From Flavobacteriales bacterium (GTDB lineage Bacteria > Bacteroidota > Bacteroidia > Flavobacteriales_D > Sanyastnellaceae), in assembly GCA_011522855.1 (NCBI GenBank), contig WTID01000005.1, positions 42,965 to 80,755 on the forward strand: a DNA stretch of 37,791 bases, in the 5' to 3' direction. Within the stretch, counting starts at the first letter, position 1. Each line of letters opens with the position of its first letter. This document shows positions 8,922 to 16,987 of the stretch, in pieces. The position numbers and the translations under genes were made by a program. The notes below the pieces were generated by a model that saw only the letters and a list, made by a program, of their open reading frames with translations, was not told the DNA's origin and did no database searches.

Positions 8922-10143
8922 GGCGCTGAAGCCCCGCCTGGCCGTGGTGACGCCCCGGTTTCCCCTTCCGCTCAACAAAGGCGATCGGCTGCGCATTCAC
9001 CATCAACTCGCCATTCTTCACCGTCACTTCGACATCGACTTGCACTGTCTCTCCTTCCGGACGGTGAGTGATGCGGAGCGGGAGTCCATCATGGACCGCT
9101 GTGATCACCTGACGGTGCATCGACTCAGCTGGTTCCGGGCCCTCATCCGGATGATGTGGGCGCCCCTGTCCAGAAGGCCGTTCCAAGTCCTCCTCTTCAC
9201 GGAAAAGCGCCTCATCCGGGACATGCGGCAACGGATTCTCCAGCGACACCCCGATGTCCTGCTGGCCCAGATGGTTCGGACGGCCGAGTACGTCAAGGAT
9301 TTCGACGCGGTCCCCCATGTGCTCGACATCATGGACACCCTGCACGCCGGAGCGGAGCGCGAGGCGGAGAAGGCCCCCTTCTGGAAGCGGCCCTTGCTCC
9401 TCGAGGAAGGCCGGAGGCTCGTGCGATACGAGCACCGCATGCCCAACTACTTCGATGCTTGCACCATCATCAGCCGGCAAGACCGCGACCTCCTGCCCCA
9501 TCCGGACCGGGAGGCCGTGGTCATCGTACCGAATGGCGTGAACACGGACTTCTTCAATCCGGACGCCGCTGCACAGCCCCTTGCGGGCAACCCTGGCCCC
9601 TTCGATGTGGCGTTCTGCGGCAACCTCGGCTATGCCCCCAACATCGTGGCGGCCCGTTACATCGTCCAGGACATTGCGCCGGCTTTCGAGTCCCTCACGG
9701 GCCGCCCGCTGAAGGTGCTGCTCTCTGGAGCCCAGCCGGCCCAGTCGGTTCTGGCCCTCGCCGGACGTCATGTCGAGGTCGCGGCCAACGTGCCCGACAT
9801 CCGGTCTGCCTATCTCGCTGCACCCCTGTTCGTCGCTCCGATGCTCGTGAACACGGGCCTGCAGAACAAACTGCTCGAAGCCATGGCCCTGGGCCGGGTC
9901 TGCATCACCACGCCCCGGGCCCTGTCCGCCATGGGAAAGGACCCCGGTGCCACGGTCACCTCGGCCGAGGAACCCGGAGACTTCGCCCGGAAAATCGCCC
10001 GCTGGTTGGACGATGAGGAGGGGCGAATCCAGATGGGTCAGGAGGCCAGACAATGGGTCGCCGAGGCGTTCGATTGGACGACAGCCACGGCAACCTTGGT
10101 TGCCTTGCTGATGAATCATGCCCGAAAGGGCGATTCAGCTTGA
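8902..10143 (+). CDS. glycosyltransferase family 4 (GT-B fold)
   Basis: LAVVTPRFPLPLNKGDRLRIHHQL is a GT4 N-domain, and the C-terminus carries FVAPMLVNTGLQNKLLEAMALGRVCITT. It overlaps the upstream glycosyltransferase by 20 nt. Confidence 0.8.
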   Translation: MPMPSSEALKPRLAVVTPRFPLPLNKGDRLRIHHQLAILHRHFDIDLHCLSFRTVSDAERESIMDRCDHLTVHRLSWFRALIRMMWAPLSRRPFQVLLFTEKRLIRDMRQRILQRHPDVLLAQMVRTAEYVKDFDAVPHVLDIMDTLHAGAEREAEKAPFWKRPLLLEEGRRLVRYEHRMPNYFDACTIISRQDRDLLPHPDREAVVIVPNGVNTDFFNPDAAAQPLAGNPGPFDVAFCGNLGYAPNIVAARYIVQDIAPAFESLTGRPLKVLLSGAQPAQSVLALAGRHVEVAANVPDIRSAYLAAPLFVAPMLVNTGLQNKLLEAMALGRVCITTPRALSAMGKDPGATVTSAEEPGDFARKIARWLDDEEGRIQMGQEARQWVAEAFDWTTATATLVALLMNHARKGDSA

Positions 10144-10153
10144 TTCGACCCCG

Positions 10154-10161
10154 TATTTTTG
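10154..10161 (+). promoter_or_regulatory. candidate Bacteroidota -7 promoter box TATTTTTG
   Basis: Exact match to TAnnTTTG, in the 22-nt intergenic gap, 4 nt before the ATG at 10166. Confidence 0.35.
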
Positions 10162-10165
10162 AGAC

Positions 10166-11068
10166 ATGGAGAAGACCATTCCCCTTCTGGACGCTTCCCA
10201 GTTCCTTCGCGGATCGGAGGACGACCGGATGCGCTTTGCCAAAGACCTGAGGGACGCTTTTGAGCGGTACGGGTTCATTACCCTTGAGAACCACGGCCTC
10301 GAACAGGACCTCATCGACCAGACCTACGGACAGGCCCAACAGTTCTTCGCCCTTCCGGAGGCGAGCAAACTCCAAGCGAGCATTCCCGGCGTGGGAGGCA
10401 ACTTCGGCTACACGCCCTTCGGCCGAGAGCACGCCAAGGATGAGACCCGGGCCGACCTGAAGGAATTCTATCACTTCGCCCAGCGCCATTACGACCAGCC
10501 GGAATGTCCCGAAGCGCCCGGCTTCGTCGCCGCCGGCAAGGAATTGTATGGCCGCATGGAGGCCCTGGCGGGAGAATTGCTCAAGGCTGTCGCCCTCGCC
10601 CTGGACCTGGACCTCGATTACTTCTCAGAGCACGTCGAGGGGGGCAACAGCATCCTGCGTGTCTTGCATTATCCCCCGGCGCCCGACGCGCCGGCTGATG
10701 CACCCCGGGCGGGAAGCCATGAGGACATCAACCTCATCACCCTCCTCGTGGGCAGCTCGGCCGATGGCCTCGAGGTGCTCGACATGGAGGGCGATTGGAT
10801 TCCCGTCAAGGCCCACAGCCAGCACTTGACCGTCAACGTCGGGGACATGCTGCAGAACCTCACCGGAGGCCTGCTCCGCTCCACGACCCACCGCGTCGTC
10901 TTGCCAGAAGGAAGCGGGCGCGAGTCCTCTCGGTTCAGCCTGCCGTTCTTCCTGCATCCGATGGGCACCATGCCCCTCGACCCCATCATGGGGGACCGGG
11001 ATGCGCACCCATGCTGGACCGCCGCAGATTTCCTGGACCATCGGCTGAACGAAATCGGTCTGAAATAA
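10166..11068 (+). CDS. 2OG-Fe(II) oxygenase (isopenicillin-N-synthase-like family)
   Basis: 300 aa with an HxD...H facial triad context (GSHEDINLITLL ... STTHRV) and RxS (SRFSLPFF), typical of the non-haem Fe/2-oxoglutarate dioxygenase fold. Confidence 0.85.
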   Translation: MEKTIPLLDASQFLRGSEDDRMRFAKDLRDAFERYGFITLENHGLEQDLIDQTYGQAQQFFALPEASKLQASIPGVGGNFGYTPFGREHAKDETRADLKEFYHFAQRHYDQPECPEAPGFVAAGKELYGRMEALAGELLKAVALALDLDLDYFSEHVEGGNSILRVLHYPPAPDAPADAPRAGSHEDINLITLLVGSSADGLEVLDMEGDWIPVKAHSQHLTVNVGDMLQNLTGGLLRSTTHRVVLPEGSGRESSRFSLPFFLHPMGTMPLDPIMGDRDAHPCWTAADFLDHRLNEIGLK

Positions 11069-11069
11069 C

Positions 11070-11636
11070 ATGCTCCACCTCTCGCCATGGCCTTGGTATG
11101 TGGTGGGCCCCCTCATCGTGATCACCATGGCCAGCCTCCTGTTGGCCGGGAAGCGGTTTGGCCTCAGCTCCAACCTCCAGACGCTTTGTGCTGCGGCCGG
11201 GGCGGACCGTCTCGCGGAGTACTTCCGGATTGATTGGGTTTCCCGATCGTGGAATCTGGTGTTCGTGGCCGGCACCATCGCCGGTGGAGCCGTGGCCCGC
11301 TATCTCCTGCTCGGCGACCACGCTGTGGCCCTGAATCCCACCACCGTGGAGGGCCTGCAATCGATGGGCATCACCGATGCCGGTGACGCGTTTGCTCCCG
11401 CGGCCTTGTTCAGTGCCGCAGCTTGGACCCATCCCGTGGCCATCGCGATGCTGCTCGTGGGAGGCATTCTGGTGGGACTCGGCACGCGATGGGCCAATGG
11501 ATGCACGAGCGGTCATGCCATCAGTGGCCTCAGCGCCATGCAATGGCCCAGCCTGATTGCCGTCATCGGCTTCTTCATCGGTGGGTTGGCTGTGTCCCAT
11601 TTTGTCCTGCCCTCCTTGTTCCCCCTCTTGTCATGA
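11070..11636 (+). CDS. YeeE/YedE family sulfur-compound transporter subunit
   Basis: Polytopic membrane protein with the conserved GCTSGH motif (WANGCTSGHAISG). Confidence 0.85.
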   Translation: MLHLSPWPWYVVGPLIVITMASLLLAGKRFGLSSNLQTLCAAAGADRLAEYFRIDWVSRSWNLVFVAGTIAGGAVARYLLLGDHAVALNPTTVEGLQSMGITDAGDAFAPAALFSAAAWTHPVAIAMLLVGGILVGLGTRWANGCTSGHAISGLSAMQWPSLIAVIGFFIGGLAVSHFVLPSLFPLLS

Positions 11637-12043
11637 CCCGCATCTTCCTACTCGGCCTCTTGTTCGGAGTCACCCTCACGATGGGCGAAGTCATCAGCTG
11701 GTTCCGCATCCAGGAGATGTTTCGGTTCGAGTCCTTCCACATGTACGGGGTGATTGGAAGCGCCATTGTATTGGGTGCTGTCTTTCACCTTGTGGCCCGT
11801 CGCCTGCGTTGGAAGACCGCAGAAGGCGAAGACCTCGACATCTACCGTTACCCTGCCACAGAATGGAAAGCCTACTTGATCGGGGGCACCATCTTCGGCA
11901 TGGGCTGGGCCATCACCGGTGCCTGTCCGGGACCGCTCTTCATCACGTTCGGGGCTGGATACTGGCCCATTCTGGTGGCCATCCTGGGCGCCCTCCTCGG
12001 CACCTTGATCTACGGCGTGATGAAATCCAAGCTCCCGCACTGA
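11633..12043 (+). CDS. YeeE/YedE-related small membrane protein (second half of a split transporter)
   Basis: The ATG at 11633 overlaps the upstream stop (ATGA). The 136-aa, 4-TM protein has a conserved Cys motif (GWAITGACPGP). Confidence 0.8.
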   Translation: MTRIFLLGLLFGVTLTMGEVISWFRIQEMFRFESFHMYGVIGSAIVLGAVFHLVARRLRWKTAEGEDLDIYRYPATEWKAYLIGGTIFGMGWAITGACPGPLFITFGAGYWPILVAILGALLGTLIYGVMKSKLPH

Positions 12044-12133
12044 TTCGGGAGTCCGCCGGATAGCATTTCTTAAGACGGCCTCCTCAACTGGTCAGGCGGC
12101 CTTGGCGTTACTTCAGCGTAGCACAATCGCTGA

Positions 12134-13594
12134 ATGAACATCCGTACGATTCTCCTCTCTCTCCTGTCCGCCGCCGTCGGCGGATGGATGGTCCTCCAAT
12201 TCCAACCCGCCCAACCACGAGCCCTAGAGGACACACCGCCCTTGCCGGTCATGGAGGCGTTGCACCCCGCGCCCGCTGCGCCGTCGCCTGTGTCGCCCTC
12301 CCGGCCCGCACCTGCCGCATTCCCTGCCGACGGATTCAATGCTGCAGCGGATGCCGCATTGGACGCCGTGGTCCACGTTCGCACCGCCCAGACGATGGCC
12401 ACGACCGGCGGGTGGGGCCAGTTTTTCGGCATGCCCGGCCCCTCAAACATCCAGCGCGGGTCTGGCAGCGGCGTCATCCTGTCCGAAGCCGGTCTGATCG
12501 TCACCAACCACCACGTCATCGAGGGGGCAGACGCCATCGAAGTCGGCCTCAACGACAATCGGTCCTTCGAGGCTGAACTGGTTGGAAGCGATCCGGCCAC
12601 CGACATCGCCGTGCTCCGCATCGAGGCCAACGGGCTCACGGCCCTCCCCTGGGGAAACAGCGATGACGTGCGCATCGGCGATTGGGTCCTGGCCGTGGGC
12701 AACCCCTTTGACCTGACGAGCACGGTCACGGCGGGCATCGTCTCGGCCAAGGCGCGCGACATCCAGTTGCTCCGTCCCGATTACGCCCGGGATGTCTTTC
12801 CTGTCGAGAGCTTCATCCAGACGGATGCCGCCGTGAACCCCGGAAATTCAGGGGGCGCCCTCGTCGACACCCGTGGACAGCTCGTGGGCATCAACACCGC
12901 CATCGCGTCGCGAACCGGCAGTTATGCGGGCTACTCTTTTGCCGTGCCCGCCAACCTGGCCGCAAAGGTGGCCCGGGACCTGATCGAATTCGGCCGGGTC
13001 CAGCGCGCCTTCCTCGGCGTGACCATCCGCCCCGTGGATGAAGCACTGGCCGAGGAAACCGGACTGCCCGGTGTGGAGGGCGTCGTGGTCACCGGACTGA
13101 CCGAGGATGGCGGGGCGGCGGAAGCCGGACTGCGGGAAGGCGATGTGATCCTCTCCGTGGATGGCGGCGAGACCCCAACCTTGCCCCTCCTGCTGGAGCG
13201 GGTCAACCGCCACAGACCCGGGGAACGGACCGACATAGAAGTGTGGAGGGACGGGCAGACCCAGCGGTTCACGGTCGAGTTGAAGGACCGATTCGGCAGC
13301 ACGGAACTCAGTGCGGCGGACGAGACCCGTCGGGAAACACTCTACGGCGCCGTCCTTGAAGAGGGCGCGGACGGAGAGGGTGTGATCGTGCTTGAATCAG
13401 GAACCGGGGCCCTCGGCCGGACCGGCGTGCCCTCCGGCACGCGCATCCAATTGGTGGATGGAGCCCCGATCGACTCCACGGAGGATTTATTGGCCGCCGT
13501 CGAACAGGCCAAGGAAGCCGGGCAGAAGGCCGTGCTTATCGAGGGACTCACTCCGGATGGACAGTCCGCCTGGTTCGGGATGGGCATCCGCTGA
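12134..13594 (+). CDS. HtrA/Do family periplasmic serine endopeptidase with two PDZ domains
   Basis: N-terminal TM/signal anchor, trypsin-like catalytic motifs (TNHHVI, DIAVL, GNSGGALVD) and two PDZ-like regions (GVVVTGL...GDVILSVDG). Confidence 0.9.
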   Translation: MNIRTILLSLLSAAVGGWMVLQFQPAQPRALEDTPPLPVMEALHPAPAAPSPVSPSRPAPAAFPADGFNAAADAALDAVVHVRTAQTMATTGGWGQFFGMPGPSNIQRGSGSGVILSEAGLIVTNHHVIEGADAIEVGLNDNRSFEAELVGSDPATDIAVLRIEANGLTALPWGNSDDVRIGDWVLAVGNPFDLTSTVTAGIVSAKARDIQLLRPDYARDVFPVESFIQTDAAVNPGNSGGALVDTRGQLVGINTAIASRTGSYAGYSFAVPANLAAKVARDLIEFGRVQRAFLGVTIRPVDEALAEETGLPGVEGVVVTGLTEDGGAAEAGLREGDVILSVDGGETPTLPLLLERVNRHRPGERTDIEVWRDGQTQRFTVELKDRFGSTELSAADETRRETLYGAVLEEGADGEGVIVLESGTGALGRTGVPSGTRIQLVDGAPIDSTEDLLAAVEQAKEAGQKAVLIEGLTPDGQSAWFGMGIR

Positions 13595-13624
13595 GTCCCC
13601 CCAAGAATCCCGTATCTTGAAGTG

Positions 13625-14248
13625 ATGGCTGGTGCAGCATTCCGAATCCCCCTGTTTCCCCTCGGGGTCTTCCTCCTTCCCGGGGAACGGACCGGCCTGC
13701 ACATCTTCGAACCCCGGTACCGCCAGCTCATCGGAGAGCTGGAGGACGCCTTGAGTGAGGGCCGTGAACAGGACAATCGATTCGGCATTCCCTTCCACCA
13801 TGAGGACGTGACCGCCTCGACGGGGTGCATCGCCCGGCTCGTCGAGGTCAAGAAGGTGCACCCCGGAGGCCGGAAGGACATCGTGGTCGAATGCGTGGGT
13901 CACTTCGAGACCCGTCGGTTCGAATCCGTGTCCTCCCCCAAGCTCTACCCTGCCGGACAGGTGGTCAGGCGGGACATCGGTCTGGATGCGGAGCTCGAGA
14001 CCCGCCACATCGCCTTGGTCATGCGGATCAAGGAGATTCTGAGCGAGCGCGACATTGATGTCGCCGCCCTCCCCAGCACCACCATTTCCGACATCACCAC
14101 CTGGCTTGGGCTCCCACCAGCCCACAAGCACAGGTTGCTGACGAGCAACGACGCGGAGCGCTCTGACTTCATGCAGAGCGTGCTCCGTTGGACCCTGTCC
14201 ATCCTTCAACAGGAATCCCGGATCGACAAGGGTTTCTTTCCGAATTGA
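13625..14248 (+). CDS. LON substrate-binding (LON-N/PUA-like) domain protein
   Basis: The N-terminus IPLFPLGVFLLPGERTGLHIFEPRYRQLI is the signature start of the Lon N-terminal domain. The ORF track starts at a GTG (13622); the ATG is at 13625. Confidence 0.8.
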   Translation: MAGAAFRIPLFPLGVFLLPGERTGLHIFEPRYRQLIGELEDALSEGREQDNRFGIPFHHEDVTASTGCIARLVEVKKVHPGGRKDIVVECVGHFETRRFESVSSPKLYPAGQVVRRDIGLDAELETRHIALVMRIKEILSERDIDVAALPSTTISDITTWLGLPPAHKHRLLTSNDAERSDFMQSVLRWTLSILQQESRIDKGFFPN

Positions 14249-14274
14249 TCGGATTGCCGGGCTTGCACCGCCAG

Positions 14275-14282
14275 TATCTTTG
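14275..14282 (+). promoter_or_regulatory. candidate Bacteroidota -7 promoter box TATCTTTG
   Basis: Exact TAnnTTTG match 4 nt upstream of the ATG at 14287. A TTG at 14254-14256 lies 18 nt upstream of the box and could be a -33 element. Confidence 0.4.
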
Positions 14283-14286
14283 TCGC

Positions 14287-15117
14287 ATGAATGCACACCG
14301 GCTTCATCTGAGCGCTTCTGCGTTGATTCCGGGACTCATCGGGTTGATGCTCCTCTCGGGGTGCACCCACCCGCAGGGGTCCCAATCCGGCCATGGGGAG
14401 ACGCCCGTCTTCGACGAGACCTATCTGGATCCCACGGGACCAGGCTACATGACCGGCCCCACCCGGGTTCATTACCCGGACCTCACCGATGTGCACCTCC
14501 AAGACGAGGAGTATGCCGAGTTCCAGAGCCAGCTTTTTGGCTTCATGGAATCCAACAATGAGGGGGAATTCGAACGGCACTTCCGGGACCATTACATCCC
14601 GGAAACCTTCCCGCACGACTCCCTGCTCGACCTCTATGTGCGCATGTACTTTCAGTGGGACAGCATCGGAGTGACCAACCGGTTCGATCACTGGTGGGTG
14701 CGCTACGTCTCCCCGTTTGCAGAGGGATCGGTCTATGACGTGGCCATCGCGGAGGTCCGGATGCGCCACCACCAGGTTTTCCAAAAGCGCTGGACCGGCA
14801 ACTACCGCAACTTCGGCCGAACGTTTGCCCAACGCTACCCCGGGGCGACCATCGAATACATGGACACCACCTGGGTCGAAGACAACGGCGACACCGCCCT
14901 ACACAGGCTGATTTCCGTGGAGACGGATCGCTTCATCTATCTCGTCCGCGGCCATGCTGACAGCACCCACGACGACCGCATCCGCCTGTTGCCCGATGGG
15001 TGGCAACTCAGCCCGGAGGTCTTCGCGCTCATGGACTCCAACGCCGTGGCCACCGTGGAGGAGCACCAAAGGCAATTCGGAAAGCTCGAGGACCGGCCCA
15101 AAGTTTCCGGCCGATAA
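14287..15117 (+). CDS. hypothetical lipoprotein
   Basis: The ATG at 14287 gives MNAHRLHLSASALIPGLIGLMLLSGC, a signal peptide with a lipobox. 276 aa with no family I recognise. Codon usage matches the neighbours. Confidence 0.65.
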   Translation: MNAHRLHLSASALIPGLIGLMLLSGCTHPQGSQSGHGETPVFDETYLDPTGPGYMTGPTRVHYPDLTDVHLQDEEYAEFQSQLFGFMESNNEGEFERHFRDHYIPETFPHDSLLDLYVRMYFQWDSIGVTNRFDHWWVRYVSPFAEGSVYDVAIAEVRMRHHQVFQKRWTGNYRNFGRTFAQRYPGATIEYMDTTWVEDNGDTALHRLISVETDRFIYLVRGHADSTHDDRIRLLPDGWQLSPEVFALMDSNAVATVEEHQRQFGKLEDRPKVSGR

Positions 15118-15124
15118 CCGCACC

Positions 15125-16024
15125 ATGGCCCTTCGCATCCACACTGAATGGGGAAGGCTCGACAGGGTCGTCGTCGGTCACGGCCGGGACATGGGCGTCC
15201 GGCCCACGGTGGAGACGGCGTATGACCCGACGTCCCGGTCGCACTTGGCCGCCGGCACCTACCCGGGGGAAACCCAGGTGGCGACGGAATTGGACGGATT
15301 GGCCCAGGCCCTCACTTCCCGCGGAGTGGACGTTCTGAGACCAGTGGATGTTCCGGAACTGGAACAGGTGTTCGCCCGGGACGTGGGCCTCGTCATCGAA
15401 GACGTCTTCTTCCGCTCGCGCATGATCGAGGATCGCCAGGCAGAATGGGCGGGCATTGCCCCCTTGCTCGGGGACATCACGCTCGACACGTTTCCCGATG
15501 AGGTCCGTGTGGAAGGTGGGGACGTTCTCCTGCTCGACGATGCCATCGCCATTGGGGTGACCCAAGACCCCGACTTGGTCGGCCTCCAAACGGCGAGGAC
15601 CAATCCGGAGGCAGCTGAGTTCCTCCGCGGTCGGTTTCCGCACCGGGAAGTGATCGAAGTCGAGCTCTACAAGGATGACCACAATCCGCTGCGGAGTGCC
15701 CTCCACCTTGATTGCGCCTACATGCCCCTCGGGGGCGGTGAGGCCATCATCGCACCTGAAGCTTTTCTTGAGCAGAGGCAACTTGACCTGCTGAAAAACA
15801 GGCACTCGAGCATCATCACGATTTCAGGTGCAGAGGCCGCATTGCTTCAGTCCAACCTGCTTCACCTGGATGCCCGAACCATCCTCATCGATCCCCGTTT
15901 CCAGCGGGTGGGACGTGCGCTGGAGTCCCTCGGTTACACCCTCATTCCCTGCCCCATGGAATCCGTGGGCCGGATGGGAGGCCTCTTCCGTTGCACCACC
16001 CTTCCTCTGAACCGCCATTCCTGA
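15125..16024 (+). CDS. guanidino-group modifying enzyme (amidinotransferase / DDAH / arginine deiminase superfamily)
   Basis: 299 aa. The C-terminal catalytic Cys motif MGGLFRCTTLPL and the internal EGGDVLLL and LHLDC motifs are typical of the GME fold. Confidence 0.8.
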   Translation: MALRIHTEWGRLDRVVVGHGRDMGVRPTVETAYDPTSRSHLAAGTYPGETQVATELDGLAQALTSRGVDVLRPVDVPELEQVFARDVGLVIEDVFFRSRMIEDRQAEWAGIAPLLGDITLDTFPDEVRVEGGDVLLLDDAIAIGVTQDPDLVGLQTARTNPEAAEFLRGRFPHREVIEVELYKDDHNPLRSALHLDCAYMPLGGGEAIIAPEAFLEQRQLDLLKNRHSSIITISGAEAALLQSNLLHLDARTILIDPRFQRVGRALESLGYTLIPCPMESVGRMGGLFRCTTLPLNRHS

Positions 16025-16031
16025 TCTCTCC

Positions 16032-16985
16032 ATGGACTCCCCCCACCTGCACCAGTCGGCCGACTTGCTCTTGATGATCCGGCCGGCGTCCTTCCGGAAG
16101 AATGAGGAAACCGCCGTCAACAATGGCTACCAGCAGGATGCTGACTCCGGTGAGGACACGGTGGACCTTGCCCGCCGGGAATTCGATGGACTGGTCGATG
16201 CTCTGCGCGCCGAAGACATCGACGTGGCGGTCTACGAGGATGATCCCGAAGCCGACACTCCCGACGCCTTGTTCCCCAACAACTGGGTCAGCTTCCATGC
16301 CGATGGCCGGGTGGGACTCTACCCCATGTTTGCCGTGAACCGCCGCCGGGAGCGCCGGGAAGAGCTCATCCACCGCCTTGCTGCAGACCATGACCGCGAC
16401 ATGGAGGAATGGGTCGACTTCACGGAATTTGAAGCGCACGACGTGTTCCTCGAGGGAACGGGCAGTCTGATCCTCGACCGGCCCGGTGGTATCGTCTACG
16501 CCTCAGTCGGTCCGCGGACGGATGCCCGGGCCGCCGAACAGTTCGCCGACACCTTTGGCATGGAGCTGGAAGCCTTCACCGCCTTTCAGACTGCAGGCGA
16601 CCGCCAGGCCCCCATCTACCACACCAACGTGATGCTGGCCATCGGTACGGATTGGGCGGTGGTCTGTGACGAGATCGTCACCGATGACGCCGAGAGACAG
16701 GCCCTCCTCGATCGATTGACAGGATCGGGCAAGGTTGTGGTCCGGATCACCGCCGAGCAAGTCAATGGCTTTGCGGGCAACGTGCTCGAGGTCCTGAACC
16801 GAAAGGGGGAACGGCTGATTGCCATGAGCTCCGCGGCGCACGCGAGTTTCACAGAGACCCAGCGCGCCACGCTCGCCTCCTGCGCCCGATTGGTCCACGC
16901 CCCCATTCCCACCATCGAAAAGCTCGGGGGTGGATCCGTCCGCTGCATGTTGGCGGAAGTGTTCCTCCCCAAAGCCCAAGACTGA
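16032..16985 (+). CDS. arginine deiminase-related protein (CtlX-like citrulline utilisation hydrolase family)
   Basis: 317 aa. The C-terminal GGGSVRCMLAEVF catalytic Cys motif and the N-terminal LLMIRPASFRKNEETAVNN resemble the amidinotransferase-like CtlX family. Confidence 0.75.
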   Translation: MDSPHLHQSADLLLMIRPASFRKNEETAVNNGYQQDADSGEDTVDLARREFDGLVDALRAEDIDVAVYEDDPEADTPDALFPNNWVSFHADGRVGLYPMFAVNRRRERREELIHRLAADHDRDMEEWVDFTEFEAHDVFLEGTGSLILDRPGGIVYASVGPRTDARAAEQFADTFGMELEAFTAFQTAGDRQAPIYHTNVMLAIGTDWAVVCDEIVTDDAERQALLDRLTGSGKVVVRITAEQVNGFAGNVLEVLNRKGERLIAMSSAAHASFTETQRATLASCARLVHAPIPTIEKLGGGSVRCMLAEVFLPKAQD

Positions 16986-16987
16986 CC

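Noticed and set aside
8605-10119. 504-aa minus-strand ORF
   Set aside because: Antisense of the second glycosyltransferase gene. Arg/Gly/Pro-rich translation typical of off-frame high-GC sequence.
12044-12133. Terminator or small RNA in the 90-nt gap before the HtrA gene
   Set aside because: I could find only short imperfect stems and no GC-rich hairpin with a T-tract. Nothing here is supportable.
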